From NCBI GenBank assembly GCA_010093605.1, contig MU004193.1, positions 1,495,520 to 1,559,519 on the forward strand: a DNA stretch of 64,000 nt, written 5' to 3'. The notes under the pieces were generated by a model, which saw nothing but the letters and a program-made list of their open reading frames with translations, searched no databases and was not told the origin of the DNA. The position numbers and the translations under genes were made by a program. This DNA is from Lophium mytilinum (lineage: Eukaryota). Positions 49,165 through 61,385 of this stretch are shown here, piece after piece; position 1 is the stretch's first letter; each line of letters begins with the position of its first letter.

Positions 49165-49686
49165 TCATAGCTCTTTAGAAAAGTTCAAATATTTTTGACC
49201 GAGCTAGAGGACCTCTTACAGTGGTGGACAGGTGTAGATAGCGCCTACCTACCGCCGTGCTGATATATGTAGTTTGGCTCTTTCAATGGATCTTGTGTTT
49301 TTTGACCTTGTTAGAGGACTTCTCGTGGCGGTGAACGAGTGGAGATAGACCCCTATATAGCACTTTTCTTATTTACAAAGCCTAGCTCTTCACATCCCAT
49401 TCCACTTTTTTCAACGTCTTTAGAGTACCTCCTGCAGTGGTGAGCAGGTGTAGATAGCGCTTATCTAACAACCCTCCCAGCTTACGCGCTCTAGCTCTTT
49501 ACATCCTTTCCTACGTTTCATAACTTCGTTGGTGGAACCTCCTGCAGTGGTAAACAGGTTCTACCTAGCATCATATCAATTCACATAACCTAGCTCTTTA
49601 CATCCTGTTCTACGTTCTACAACTTACTTGGAGGACTCCTTGCGGCGGCGAGCAGGTGTAGACAACGTCTTTACCACTACAGCATA
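49165..49686 (-). repeat. Five reverse-oriented copies of the 108-bp family unit
   Basis: TAGAGGACC-like anchors at 49205, 49312, 49421, 49530, 49629 (spacing 107, 109, 109, 99); CTAGCTCTTTACATCCT is the reverse complement of the 43-kb motif. Confidence 0.93.
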
Positions 49687-50863
49687 CTACAACATCATGG
49701 ACCTACCAGCGTCGCTACCGCTATGGATGGATTCCACCTCCGGCCACTTCCTCGAAGGCAGCAGCTCCGCCAATAAAGGTTCTTCGCTGCCCAGAACGTT
49801 ATCGAAGAACGCCGAGGTAATCGCCGTTTGGATATGCCACATCCGCGAGCTGTTGATCGTACCCACCAATGTGGTATTAACGCGTCCCCTCAAGTGGAGC
49901 AGCTCATGCCATAGCCCGACGTCCGAGAAGTCAAGATGGTGGGTGCCGCTGACCCTCAACTCCTCCCACCACGCGGTCTGGTTTCCTTCGAACCACTACC
50001 CGCTGAGACCGTAGATAATGTCATCGTAGCCGTGCTGGCCGTCGCGGAGCATCAAAAAGGGCTTCGCGACATCGACGGTGCCGCCGAAGAGAGTGTCAAT
50101 GAAGGCACCGTCATAGTTGATCTCGGCGATCACAGCGTCGTGGCGAGACACCACGGCGGTGCCAACGCCACCTTCTGTGGAGAATCCGAAGTGCATTTAG
50201 GTGGATGTATTGAAGGGAGCGCGGGGCTCTTCGACAAGAGGCGGGGAGACCTGCAGCAGGGCGTCGAAGTCGGTTTTGTAGTTTCAGTTGACTTTGTAAA
50301 GAAGAGTGTCCTTGGCCTAGTCGTACTCAATCGGGAACCCGTACACGCTGCCACCTCCGTATGGTCTCTTCAAGAATGGTAGCTCTCCCGGGTGGTCGAT
50401 GCATAGAACAGTGGAGCCTTGCGAAGCCATATCTGAAGTGATCATGGTGTTAGACGAGCAGGGCATACCAGCTCCTGGAGAGAATAAGATTGTTGGGTAT
50501 CTGCGTGCGCCCCGTAGGACCGGGAAGAACGGGCGGCTGCAATTGGAGATGAGTCCATAGTTTCTGCAACTCCCCATTCGGGATCCCCCATCCTTGCTCA
50601 ATCAGTCTGGCTAGCTCGAAGTCCATATACTTCGAAGAGGTCTCGGCGGTTGGCGGTCTGTTAGTCCGATGCAAGACATTCACCACGATGAATTCGCCGG
50701 TGTTATTTGACCCTTTCGGCGCCAGAGAGTGGTCATGAGTGGTGTGCTTGAACATATGCTGTGTCTCTCCGACATGGTAAATGCCAGATGGCTTCGGGAA
50801 GAACACTTTGCCGCCTGCGGCTACAACCGCGACGAAGATTGTTATAAGCACTACCAACAGCAT
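49687..50863 (-). pseudogene. Pseudogene of a secreted PAF-acetylhydrolase-like alpha/beta hydrolase
   Basis: PKPSGIYHVG, YPTILFSPGAG, DMASQG..IDHPGE, GTHHLDFSD motifs; frameshift near 50510; in-frame stops at 50319-17, 50286-84, 50199-97, 49998-96; nucleophile elbow reads GFSTEG. Confidence 0.88.
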
Positions 50864-51009
50864 GACGAGACTTCAGAAAGATTATGAGCAACAGTTACGG
50901 ACCTCTCGGTATGCCCTTGTTGTTCTTATTATTGGTAGCGGATCCTACGGGTGAGGACAGTTAGTGACCTGCCTCATTAACTACTTGCGTGATCGTACTG
51001 TAGACTTGG

Positions 51010-51407
51010 CAATCGGAGTGGTTAATGATTTCTTCGAGAGTTGTCGATTCGGTTTGAAGCGTCGTTGAGACGTCTTCTTCTTCAATGGGTCTTACGAAGA
51101 TGATTTATCACTCTGATGGGTCGTCCTCGCCGAGGGCAGGCTGTGGAATAGCGATCGGGTACCATATACTACAGTCTACAGCCACACGAATGAAGAGTGA
51201 GGCGTGCAGGTCTGCCTTCCAAGGCTGAATGGAATTCGGCAGGTGGGAACATGACGGAGCGTGATGATACGGTTAAGGGAATAGGTATGGACGTGTGCTT
51301 AGTGTAAAGGATAGCTAATTCAGACAGGCAACTCCGACCGAACGTCTCCGCTTCCACCTTCTTTTCCTCGCAAACTCCAGTTCACCCCAACACCTAGCCA
51401 TTATAGC
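51010..51407 (+). repeat. Dispersed ~370-400-bp repeat, copy 1
   Basis: Shares ordered blocks TGTCGATTCGG..TTGAAGCGTC, CAGCCACAC, GTCTGCCTT, CGGCAGGTG.GAACAT, AGGCAACTCC.ACCGAACG.CTCCGCTTC and CATTATAGC with 62668-63067. Confidence 0.9.
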
Positions 51408-51784
51408 ACTTCTGTGCATGACACGCATACTCACGTGGGGTTCGCGTTTTACTCAGGAGGGCTATCAACACCATCTTGAAAAGCCTTTTGGAACAGGAAC
51501 TCCAGGTCTCAGCTCCGCTTTTCTTTTCTTTTTACTTCAGAGTATCGATGTAGTAACGTAATATCAAGACTCTTGAATTTCACGCTGTCTCGAATCCTAT
51601 TTAGGTAAGAGGACCTCGAGGTCAGTATTGAAAAGTGCGCGTGCTCTGCTAAGCCCAAGTAAAAACTCATTACACAATATTGTGCAGTACCCGGGACCAT
51701 TTGAAGTAACGGTGTATATCATTCATCAATCTTCATGCCTCTAAGAGTACGGAAAAAAGGTGGTGAGACGAACGGGACACCTCC

Positions 51785-53775
51785 TCACCAATTGATCGTT
51801 TTCAACACCCCCTTGTCCCCCTCTTGAAACTGCTGTATACTCCTAAAAGTAACGTTCGCTTGGCGTAACCCGGTATATACAATCTCGATATCACGCGTGC
51901 GCAGCGGCAATGGCATATCCTCCGCTGCCGTTAAGACTACCCGAATGTCTGACATAGGGAGCCCGACGTAGTTCAAATATGCGGTTTCTTCCATCATCAT
52001 CGATTCTCGTGCTATCCGCCCTGCTAGCACGCTATCCCATAGTCCCTCACGCCGCGGGTAGTTCAGAAGAAGCGCTATGGCCTTTCGCCGGAGTATGGGG
52101 TGGCGGGAGCGAAAGGCGACGAGGAAGAGCGAGATGACGACGCCGAAGCCGACCGTGAAGATCGGGCGTTGGGAGGGCTGGGTAGCGCTGGACACATACG
52201 CGAGCTTGGAAACGAGAGCGTCGTACGGGGGTGATGTTGGTATGGTAGCGGAAGGGTAGAGCGGCACTGGCCCGCCCTGCTCTGCGCCTAACAGCTGACT
52301 TGAGATATCAACCATGGCAATGAAATGTGGCTCACAGCGATCCCACGCCATCTCCGCGAGCGTGGATTGCAGCTGAAACATAGTCGAGAACGCGGCGATG
52401 TCATTGCGGTGCAGGTTGAGCGCTAGGACCGCTTTGTGCTCTTCTGTGCTCAGCCGGGTCGTTGGGCGACGGAGGTATTCTTCGAGCACCTTGTCGCCTA
52501 GTTCTATCCTCTCCATGAAGCCATTGAACGTGTATATCACGGCTTCCACGGCTTCTGGTGTAGTCGGTGGCTGGAGGTCGAGGCTTTGGAGGAAAGCGAG
52601 CACTGCGTTGAAGGTTCCCTCGATGTAGTAGCGTATTTGCGGGAGAGACTTGAACTCCAACGGGATCGTATGCGGGTCGGCGTTAGGTATAGGCTCCCAG
52701 GACCTGATGTCTTTGTCGCTGATCATGCCGCGCGCATGGATGTCGAGGGTGACAAACATGCCTCGTAGCGACTCCATGGATACTGGGTGGGTTTGCTCGT
52801 CACAACTAGCGTTCTGCGGGATGCTGTCGGCCTCTCGTAAGAGTTTCAGTCCCCCACGGAGATGTTCCATAGCTTCAGAGTTATGGCCTTGTATGCTGGC
52901 AAAGCACATGAACAAGACGCATGCAGTCATCGCGTTTATTCGGTCCATTTTTGACATACCGCTCGAGCCTGAGTGTTTCACGATCTCTTGGATCGAGCGG
53001 TTGCATTGCTTCAGTCCAAACCGCAGAGTCTGGTCTGATACATCGTCAGGTAAGACAGGAAGGGTGCAGCCAATAAACTTCTGGTGGAGAGCACCAAGCG
53101 CAGTTACAGCGTATCGGATAGATTGGTGTTCATTTGCTGCCAAAAGAAGGTCTTGAACCCAGAAAGTTGAGTCGAAGAATCCTGCCATCTCAGGCGCGGT
53201 ATAGAGTTGGAAGAACTTCAGACTCCGGCTCTCAGCTGATGTTTCAGATGCAAAAGCGGGATCCATGAAGGCTGCTGGTGTTGATCTGGCATATCCAGGG
53301 AGAAGGCTTGTTGATAACCGGGTCGATTTGGGGGGCCTTGCAGCTCTCACGACGGCTTGGCTGTCTTGCTTCTGGGCCTTGGGGGGTTCATATCCATCGC
53401 ATTTTCGTCCAGTAGACGTACATCGCTTGCAATCAGGTTTGTCTTCATCGCACTTCACGCGTCGGATGCTAGAATGCGTCAGATAGGTATACTTGCGGAG
53501 GGGCCATTGGGAGATAGGGCGCACCTATCCATCAGGCAGTCTCGGAGCGTATGGCGTACTATGATGCTAGAAGAAGATGTTACTTACCGACAAGTAATGC
53601 ATCCGGTCTTGACTTTTGTTTTCCAAACTTTTTTGCGGGGTTTTCCGGATGTCCCTTCACTCCTTCTGGTGTCATTGGTGTCTTTGGTGTCAGCCGTGTC
53701 ATTGGTGTCGTCGGTGTCATTCGCGTCGTTCGAGCCATTCGTGGCGATGGTCCCGTAGTTCTCTTTGCCACCCAT
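51785..53775 (-). CDS. Zn(II)2Cys6 fungal transcription factor, intron 53587-53469
   Basis: Spliced [36 protein letters not shown] cluster; FFDSTFW, RHPILRRKAIALL..PRREGLWDS C-terminal motifs. ATG 53775 is the nearest in-frame ATG. Confidence 0.93.
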
Positions 53776-54930
53776 CCTGTTTGTGGAATCACAGTTCGCG
53801 TATAGAGCACAGTAACTGCATGCAGCAACACGCCCAGCAAATTGGGTAATCGGTGGAAGCTCAAAACGTGGGTGGTGATGGATTTCTTCCAAGATTGAAC
53901 GATCAGGCCAATCAGGACCACGTTGGGCTAGCCATGCTGGAGGCCTAAACGAGGAGGCTGCAGAGGTCTAACAGGACAATGAACAGTCCAGGACACCAGA
54001 AGCAGGTAGCGAAGTTCCCTTCTCAGAGCTTACCACCTTTCAAGGCAGAATTGTGGGATTACTTCCGTGGCTGTAAGTGCTGTTGTCGTGTATTTTATCT
54101 TACGCCATATAAAAGATAGATGTTACAGCCCCAATAGCTTAGGAGGGGGCGGACGTCAGATTGTGTTGGTGTTGGATGTCCTAGACGTGAAGCTAAACCA
54201 CGGAGCGGACTGAGCTTCAAAGATGCCGGCTGCACCGTACTTCTTAAACGAACCGACCAATCCGAAGCCGAGCTGGCGTGAGCACAACAGGGACGCTTCG
54301 CTCGATCCTGCCTTGGCAGCTGTCAGCACGTACGTTTTCGCATCACTTAACACAGACTACTCCGATACCCAGCACTTCGAATCCTGGCCTCTACTCCACC
54401 GAAGCCACTGATTTTGAGATAGTGTATATTGAGGAAGCTTAGTGCTTAGGAATCAGGTTAACAGTCATTAAAGATGTGTCAATGGAGAATCCTCCTTCCC
54501 TCTACCATCACTTCGACAGCGTTCAAGATGCTCCAAAAGCGACTGCAATCCATGGGCTGATACCAGGGCTCCGACGGAAAGCACTTGTTTCACTGGACTC
54601 CAGCATCATGTCGGGTCCTCCATGACAGTGTATCCACCCGCCTCAGCCCTATTTCCAAGCACGTGGTGGGCTTAGCCTTATCCCCACGGCCTCAAAACCG
54701 ACACCCATATGCCCCACACTATCTACACTAGCCCAGGAACACGGAACTCATTCGCTGTATCGTTTATGCTGCCCTGTTGATCAACGCTCCTCTTTCGACG
54801 CCATGATGCAATCAATGAGGCTGACGCGTACCTGTCTCTACTTTATAGTCTAGCTTTTTGCTCTTATTCTTGTTCTTCTCATCCATTCTATCACCTTTGG
54901 CCTATTTCAACCTATCTTGTGAACGCAACT

Positions 54931-56811
54931 ATGAAATCATTCTCTTCCTTATCCAATCTGCTTTTTCTTGCTTGGCTGGCTGTCATCGCAACCGCACAAA
55001 CCGACAAGAATGCATTGCTACGAGGCCCTGTCTTCCCGACGCCTTCCCGCCCAGACTCGTCAAAATCCGTCCAAGCAGCTCGGGAAGCATTCCCCAAGGT
55101 TCTCAACGAGGCTTTGAGCACGGGACTACTGGACAACTCTACAACATCCTTCTCTATCAACGTGTTCTCGGCCTCCGATAACAAGACTTTGTTCTCATAT
55201 CACTTCGAAGCACCAGGCCTCAACGGGTCTTTACCTTCAGGGCATTTGAATGATGACACTATTTATCGCATCGGTAGTCTCTCCAAGCTTTTCACGGTGT
55301 ACACACTTCTCGCAAAGACTGGATTTGCGGATTTCAACCAACCCATCACCAAGTACATTCCCGAGCTTGCAGCTACAGACACGAATAGCACGTTGAACGA
55401 GGCACAATGGAGCGATATCACGGTTGAAGCGCTGGCAAGTCAGTTGTCAGGCATTACGCGAGATTGTAGGTTTTGACACTGGCGTATGCTCCTGGACGTG
55501 TGCTAAAACCTCAACAGACGGACTCGGCGACCTCGCTAACCTCCAAACTCTGAATGCAACTGCTGTCGGTCTGCCGGCCAACTCGGATGCTCCTGTGTGC
55601 GGTTTCGGCACCGGATTCTTGAAACCTTGTAGCAGAAAAGGTAACTCTAAATCTCTCCAATTTTATTTAATCCATCGCTAACGATGTTAGAATATATCAC
55701 GGGCCTCCTCTCCCAACCCCCTCTCACTTCAACGTATAACACACCGATCTACTCTAATGCAGGCTTCGCCCTCCTCGGCCTCATCATTGAAAGTATCACC
55801 AATCAGACTTTCTCGGCCGCCTTCGACACCGCGATCCTCCAGCCCCTCAATCTTAGCCGCACCTCCATTCTCTCGCCCAACGACACTAACATAATCGTCC
55901 CCGGCGGTCTCGAAGAAAGCGACTTCCTCCCGGACTTAGGTGTCGAAGACCCAGCTGGTTCTTTCTTCTCTACCCCTTCTGATCTCATGACCTTGGGTCG
56001 CTCAATCCTACAATCCACCCTCATCCCCGCTGCCCTAACTCGCCGCTGGATGCAGCCACACGCCACTACCTCAAACCCCCTCCACCTCGTCGGCGCTCCC
56101 TGGGAAATTTTCCGCACAGCTATCCCTATCTCCTCTACAACAAACACGACGAGACTTGTAGACCTCTACACCAAAAGCGGAGACGTGCCTAATTACGCCT
56201 CCGCACTCGCTCTCGACGCCGATCACAACATCGGCTTCAGCATCCTCGCCGCCGGCAATCAAACCACAGCCCAACGTGGCGTGCTCGCCTCCCTTCTTGC
56301 TAACACCTGGATTCCCGCGCTCGAAGCCGCCGCAAAGGAAGAAGCAAACGCGACATACACCGGCACCTACACCAACGCGAAGACGAACACATCGCTAGAA
56401 ATCGCGATCGATGATGACCGCCCCGGCCTCAACATCGTCAGCTTCGTTGCCAACGGCGTCAATTTTACGGACTCGATCCTCGCGTTCAACGGCGTCACAC
56501 CTGAGGAAGCCGCGGCTGCGGGAATAGAAGTCAGTATCCGGCTTTATCCCTCCAGTCTTACTGAAGGCGACCTTGTCGGCTTCCGCGGAATTGTGGAGAT
56601 GTTGCCGTATAGTCCCTTGTCGACGATAGCGCCGTTTGACACGTGGGGTGATGCGTGGCTTGCTGTGGATGGGACGACGTATGGGGCGGTGGGTATTGAT
56701 GATTATGTGTTCAAGCTTGGAGAGGCGGGAAGCAATGGAGAGAGAGAGGCCGTAGAGATAAGGCCAAGGGTGTTGAGGCAGGATGTGGGGAGGGCTGTCA
56801 AGGGTGTGTAG
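54931..56811 (+). CDS. Secreted serine beta-lactamase/transpeptidase-fold hydrolase, introns 55466-55517 and 55641-55690
   Basis: Signal peptide; YRIGSLSKLFT (SxxK), PIYSNAGF (YxN), GAPWEI, YTKSGD. Confidence 0.93.
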
Positions 56812-57069
56812 TTCGGATCCGTATGATGGCGAGAGTGGTGCTGATATGGGCCAGAACACACGAGTCGGATGATCCAGAAAGGGTTGGATCCGGAGTATTG
56901 GGATTGACCGCTGTTATGTCCTTTCCAAGGAGGTCGGAAACACGAATACGGCCTTTTGACAGTGAGCCGGTATTCTCAGGAAGTTGCATGGTAGTCGGTT
57001 TTAGAGCGTAGATATATAGAATATAATGCAAAGAGTCAGAATTTATCAATGAGAAAAGTGTTCTCTAGG

Positions 57070-57260
57070 TACTATTCGCCCTTGTTTACCACTACATAAA
57101 GTTTCTCAGCATACTGCGAGCGATTTGGATCGAGTGTAAGGATCCAGTGCCCATGGTTCAGATAGGGGTAATTCGGGGTCACTTGCACGTGTATAGCGCT
57201 GTGTAGAGTCCTCCGGCCTATTGTGTGCACATCGAACGGGATGGAAAGAGTTGGACACCA
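57070..57260 (+). repeat. Two strongly diverged copies of the 108-bp family unit
   Basis: CTTGTTTACCACTACATAAAGTTTCTC (anchor 57099) and GAGTCCTCC (57206) are 107 bp apart; each is followed 36 nt later by the TGTAA/TGGAAAGAGTTGGA block, the same spacing as in the 43.46-kb unit. Confidence 0.65.
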
Positions 57261-57275
57261 TAGATTAGATGAGCT

Positions 57276-58139
57276 CTACGCCATTAGGCCTCCATCGATA
57301 ATCTGAACAGTTCCAGTAATATATGTCGACCCATCACACAGTAACCAGGAAATCAAACTCGCCACCTCCTCTGGCTGCCCTTTCCTTTTAATCGGAGCGT
57401 TGTAGTTCCCCGGAGCGCCCCTGATGCGCTCCGATTCGCGGTGCATTTCAGTGTCTATAATCCCACTGCATCGAAATCATCAGCGCCTTCAACCCTCAGA
57501 GCAGCATAGAAGTCGAACCTACGGTGCAATACAGTTCACCCTAATCCCTCGATCCGCCACTTCTTTCGCCGCGGACTTCGTCAACCCAATCACCCCATGT
57601 TTGCTCACCGTGTATGCAGAGTTCTTCGCAAACCCGCCGAGTCCCGCGATACTCGCCGCATTCACGATACTCCCTTTATTCTTCATCTCCCGGATTTGCG
57701 CACGCATACAGTACATGACGCCCGTAATGTTCACATCCATAACGAACTTCCAGTCCTCGTCTTTCAGGTCTTCCACGCGGTCGATGTTGATGCTTTTCGG
57801 AATCACGCCCGCGAGATTGGCCGCTCCGTCTAGTTTCCCGAAGGTCTTGACGACGTCGGCGATCCAGGCATCGACTTGGGCGCCGTCGCGTACGTCAACC
57901 ACAGTGGACATGATGGTGCCACCGGCGGTTTTGATGTCGGAGGCGGCGGTCTTGAGGTGGGCTTCATTGAGGTCCATGATGGCTACTTTGGCACCCTGGG
58001 AGGCAAGTAGGGTGGCGGTTGCGAGGCCGATGCCCGAGGCGGCGCCGGTTATGGCGATGACTTTGTCTTTTACATTGAAACTGGGGGCGGTGTGCGTGAA
58101 GTCTTTGGCGGTTTCTGTTCCTAGGAGGTCGACGGACAT
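57276..58139 (-). CDS. Classical short-chain dehydrogenase/reductase, intron 57522-57466
   Basis: TGAASGIG, NLAG, IVNAAS, YTVSK (YxxxK), GIRVNCIAPGIIDT, GQPEEVA..YITG..IDGG. Confidence 0.95.
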
Positions 58140-59752
58140 TTTGATAGACGCGCGTTGTCAAGCAAGCTGGATGACCTTGTGTAGGTGAGAGCCTTGTTGA
58201 GGAGCGTTCGATGTTTGGAAGGGGTGGAGGATTAGAAGACAGGTTGAGTACTGGGAATTCGGAGGAGTTATGTACCCAAAAGGCCTGGCAACACCCAGGT
58301 GCACCACTCGGTATAGAGCAAGCCTTCAAGATCTCGCGTTTTCCGGGACATCGAGTCTTTGTTCAGTTGAGTGTTGGTAAATATGAGGAACTGACGAATG
58401 AAAGGCAAATCCGGGGAACGCTTCCCCGCAACCCCCCACATTTCGCTTGATCTTGTCCGAAGCCGTGTCTACATCGTATCCACCTCGAACTCATGGCCTT
58501 CGGAAGATAATTGAAAAGGACTGACTTTTAGTTGTCCAATTCGAGAGATTGATAATCAAATTCCGGGTACTGTTCTCCGAATGGGTTTTAAAAGCCTCGC
58601 ATTAGCACTTGCCAGCACCGAAACATAAGTCTGGCCACTCTTGCAACTACCTGGCGTAGCTAGCTTAGGCTTTGGAGAACTGAACTACGATGTAAGCTTG
58701 ACCGCAGTGGATTAGAGAGTACTTCTCAGCCCACTGCACTTACGTTAGCTATAGCACTCTTTGCAGTGGTTTTTCGATAGCAAGAGTGTGGCTAGAGAAA
58801 GCAGTATATCCATGTCCTTAGATTCGGGAGCTACTACTGTATTTCGACAGTGTGGGAGCTTTGAAAGTTTGGATGGCCTGCGTGTTAGAGGTGAAGTCGG
58901 AAGAGACTTGCAGGTTTGAGCTATATAAGCTTTTTCCGATAACTTCCCAGCCCTGAAATGCTCCACGAGGTGGATAGAATGGGCTAGAGTCTTGCCTACG
59001 TGTCCTGCGAAGTTCATCAGGGTGATGCGATGGAGACTAGGCTACCTTTTGTGTGGTTCGTGGGCTGCTACTTGGGTCACTCCTAACAGTAGCATTGGGT
59101 GAGCAAGGATAGAGCGTACGGACTAGAAAGCTTGTGCGCTTAGGGTGTAGATATTCCGGCACAATGTAGAGGTCAATATAGTCTAATTTAGAAACGTTTT
59201 GAGTGGCTAGTGAAGTGTTGGCTGGGGAACTGCTGAAGGTGGTATCGAGGGAGCTAGATTAGGCGCCTGAGGAGAACTCCATATCGATTCCTAGATTGAC
59301 TTAGATAAGAAACGGCGTTCCGGAAAACCATATCGGGATAACTTGCCTTCTATTCCTCAACCTATTGTTGTTCTCATCATATTTCTTATTTCTTTCTTTT
59401 CAAGGTTGATTCTCCACAGTCACACAATCCCAGCCACTCCCCTGCAGCCACCCGCATATGCCAAGCACCATCCCGGCGGACGTTCTCGAACCAGGGTCTC
59501 AATCTTGGATCAGACGCGAAGTGACGCAATGTGGTGGTAACAGTAAATGAAGGCATAAACCTGCCCCACGAACTTCACGATAAAAGGTTATCGAAACTCT
59601 ATCCCAAACAGCAAGCTCTCCAATATATCTCTTGGACAATCAATAGAACTTTCGGTAGAAAACCCCAACCGCTGCGTCGATCCACAAAGCCGATGCTAAC
59701 CTCATCAGAATACAACTCCGCCAATATCCTAAAGATATAAATTTGGCCTACG

Positions 59753-60097
59753 ATGTCCTTCCCAATCCTCTTTACAATCGACGGCGTTTCCCGTCACGAA
59801 GTCGTTCTCATCTCCCGCAGCTCCGACATCAAGCAGCTCAACAATCTGATCACGAAGACCGCCGCCGCGTCCCCGAACTGCTCGGAGTGGGGTTCCAAAT
59901 TCAAGAAGCAGGACGAGAGCGGGCCAAAGGAGCATATCACGGAGTTCAAAATCCAGTGGGCGACTGAGGGAAGGGATATGAAGTTCTGGCCTCCGAGCAC
60001 TGTGATTACGGGAGAGAACATTGAAGCGGTGTTGGCGATGGTTGAGAAAGGCGCGGGGAAAGATGTGTTAGTTGTTAGTATGGCGAAGGGAGAGTAG
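59753..60097 (+). CDS. Hypothetical 114-aa protein
   Basis: ATG start, coding-like codon bias, upstream TATAAA at ~59736; no family recognised. Confidence 0.7.
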   Translation: MSFPILFTIDGVSRHEVVLISRSSDIKQLNNLITKTAAASPNCSEWGSKFKKQDESGPKEHITEFKIQWATEGRDMKFWPPSTVITGENIEAVLAMVEKGAGKDVLVVSMAKGE

Positions 60098-60139
60098 TAG
60101 GGGGGTTTTGATTACTATTTTCCGCTTTCCAATCCGCGT

Positions 60140-60295
60140 GTTCTAGCTCCTTGATCCTAATCCACGCTTTTGACCCTTCAAAGAACTCCTTGTAGCGGTG
60201 AAAATAGCGCTTATCTAGCACCCTTCCAGTTCCCTTAGTCTAGCTTTTTACATCCAATTCCACGTTTCATAACATTTTTAGAGGACTCTATCGGT
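60140..60295 (-). repeat. ~1.5-2 reverse-oriented copies of the 108-bp family unit
   Basis: CTAGCT anchors at 60143 and 60240 (97 bp); ATAGCGCTTATCTAGCACCC and CTAGCTTTTTACATCC..ACGTTTCATAAC..TAGAGGACTC match the 49.45-49.54-kb units. Confidence 0.88.
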
Positions 60296-61385
60296 AGCTT
60301 GTCCCAAGTTCGAAGATCCTTGGTAATTTCGTGCTACCTTTCCTCGGAGGGCTCTTCAAATGGTTTCATTACTAGCGTGTCGCTCCCCGAGAATCGGCAA
60401 CTTGCACTCTTTTCTCCTGACGAGTTGTACTTTTCTACCTTTCTGAAATGTCGTCACAATGGTTCGACAACCATGATCCGAGGCTTCCGGGTTTGATCGT
60501 TTGGAATACCGCTATCAGTGATATCACTTTTCATCATATTTTCGGTGCCGAGTTGAGAGGCGATTTATGCTAGGGCACCGTGCGCACCACATCGAAATGG
60601 CCACAACTCACCCAAACCTTCATTATGGATCATTATGGAATTCGGTAACTTGAGATACACCAAGAGGCTTTACTCGGATTTATTATTCGTTAGAAAGGTC
60701 TCTTCAAGGCCGCGCGAGATGTGTTTGTCCAAGTGTGGTGTGTACACTGCGCAGTATTTTCGGTCTTATATTGTAATTCGGCCCCGAAGGGCGGCTCCGC
60801 GATCGTTGAATCGATCTACAGTACAAGGGTGTGAGGCGGATCATTTCCAGTAAGCGGAGTGATAAAACGTCTCGGCCTATTTAATGTGACAAAAAATTCC
60901 TTACGCTAATATAATTCGTGTAGAAGACATTTTTTGATTGGATGATCATAGGCGGCGGCCTATTGTTCCCAAGATACCTCAGTGCCGCCTTGCTTATCGT
61001 GGCCTTACGCCACTAAGGGACCATATAGCTAGTCAAGATCTGTATACAAACGTAGTGTATCAATGATTGTTTTGATGAGCTTCGATGACTGGAGCTTTTC
61101 TGACCCACTTCTAGTACGTTCGTGATCCCCACTTGAAGGAACTTTCGATACGTTTGTTCCATGGGTATCCGCGTGCCACCCATGCAGGATCGAGAATACC
61201 ATGTCGGCTGCGAGGTAAACCTATCGATCATTTCGACGTCACCTCAGAAGACTGTGTTGGGAAGAATGGCCTTGTCGAAGGCGAGGATTCTTATAAATTC
61301 TGCGATGGGTACCATCAAAATGTCGTATCCATCTATTCCCAAAACTTCCTTTGACTTTCCATCCATCAAGTAGCCTATCAGCAAC

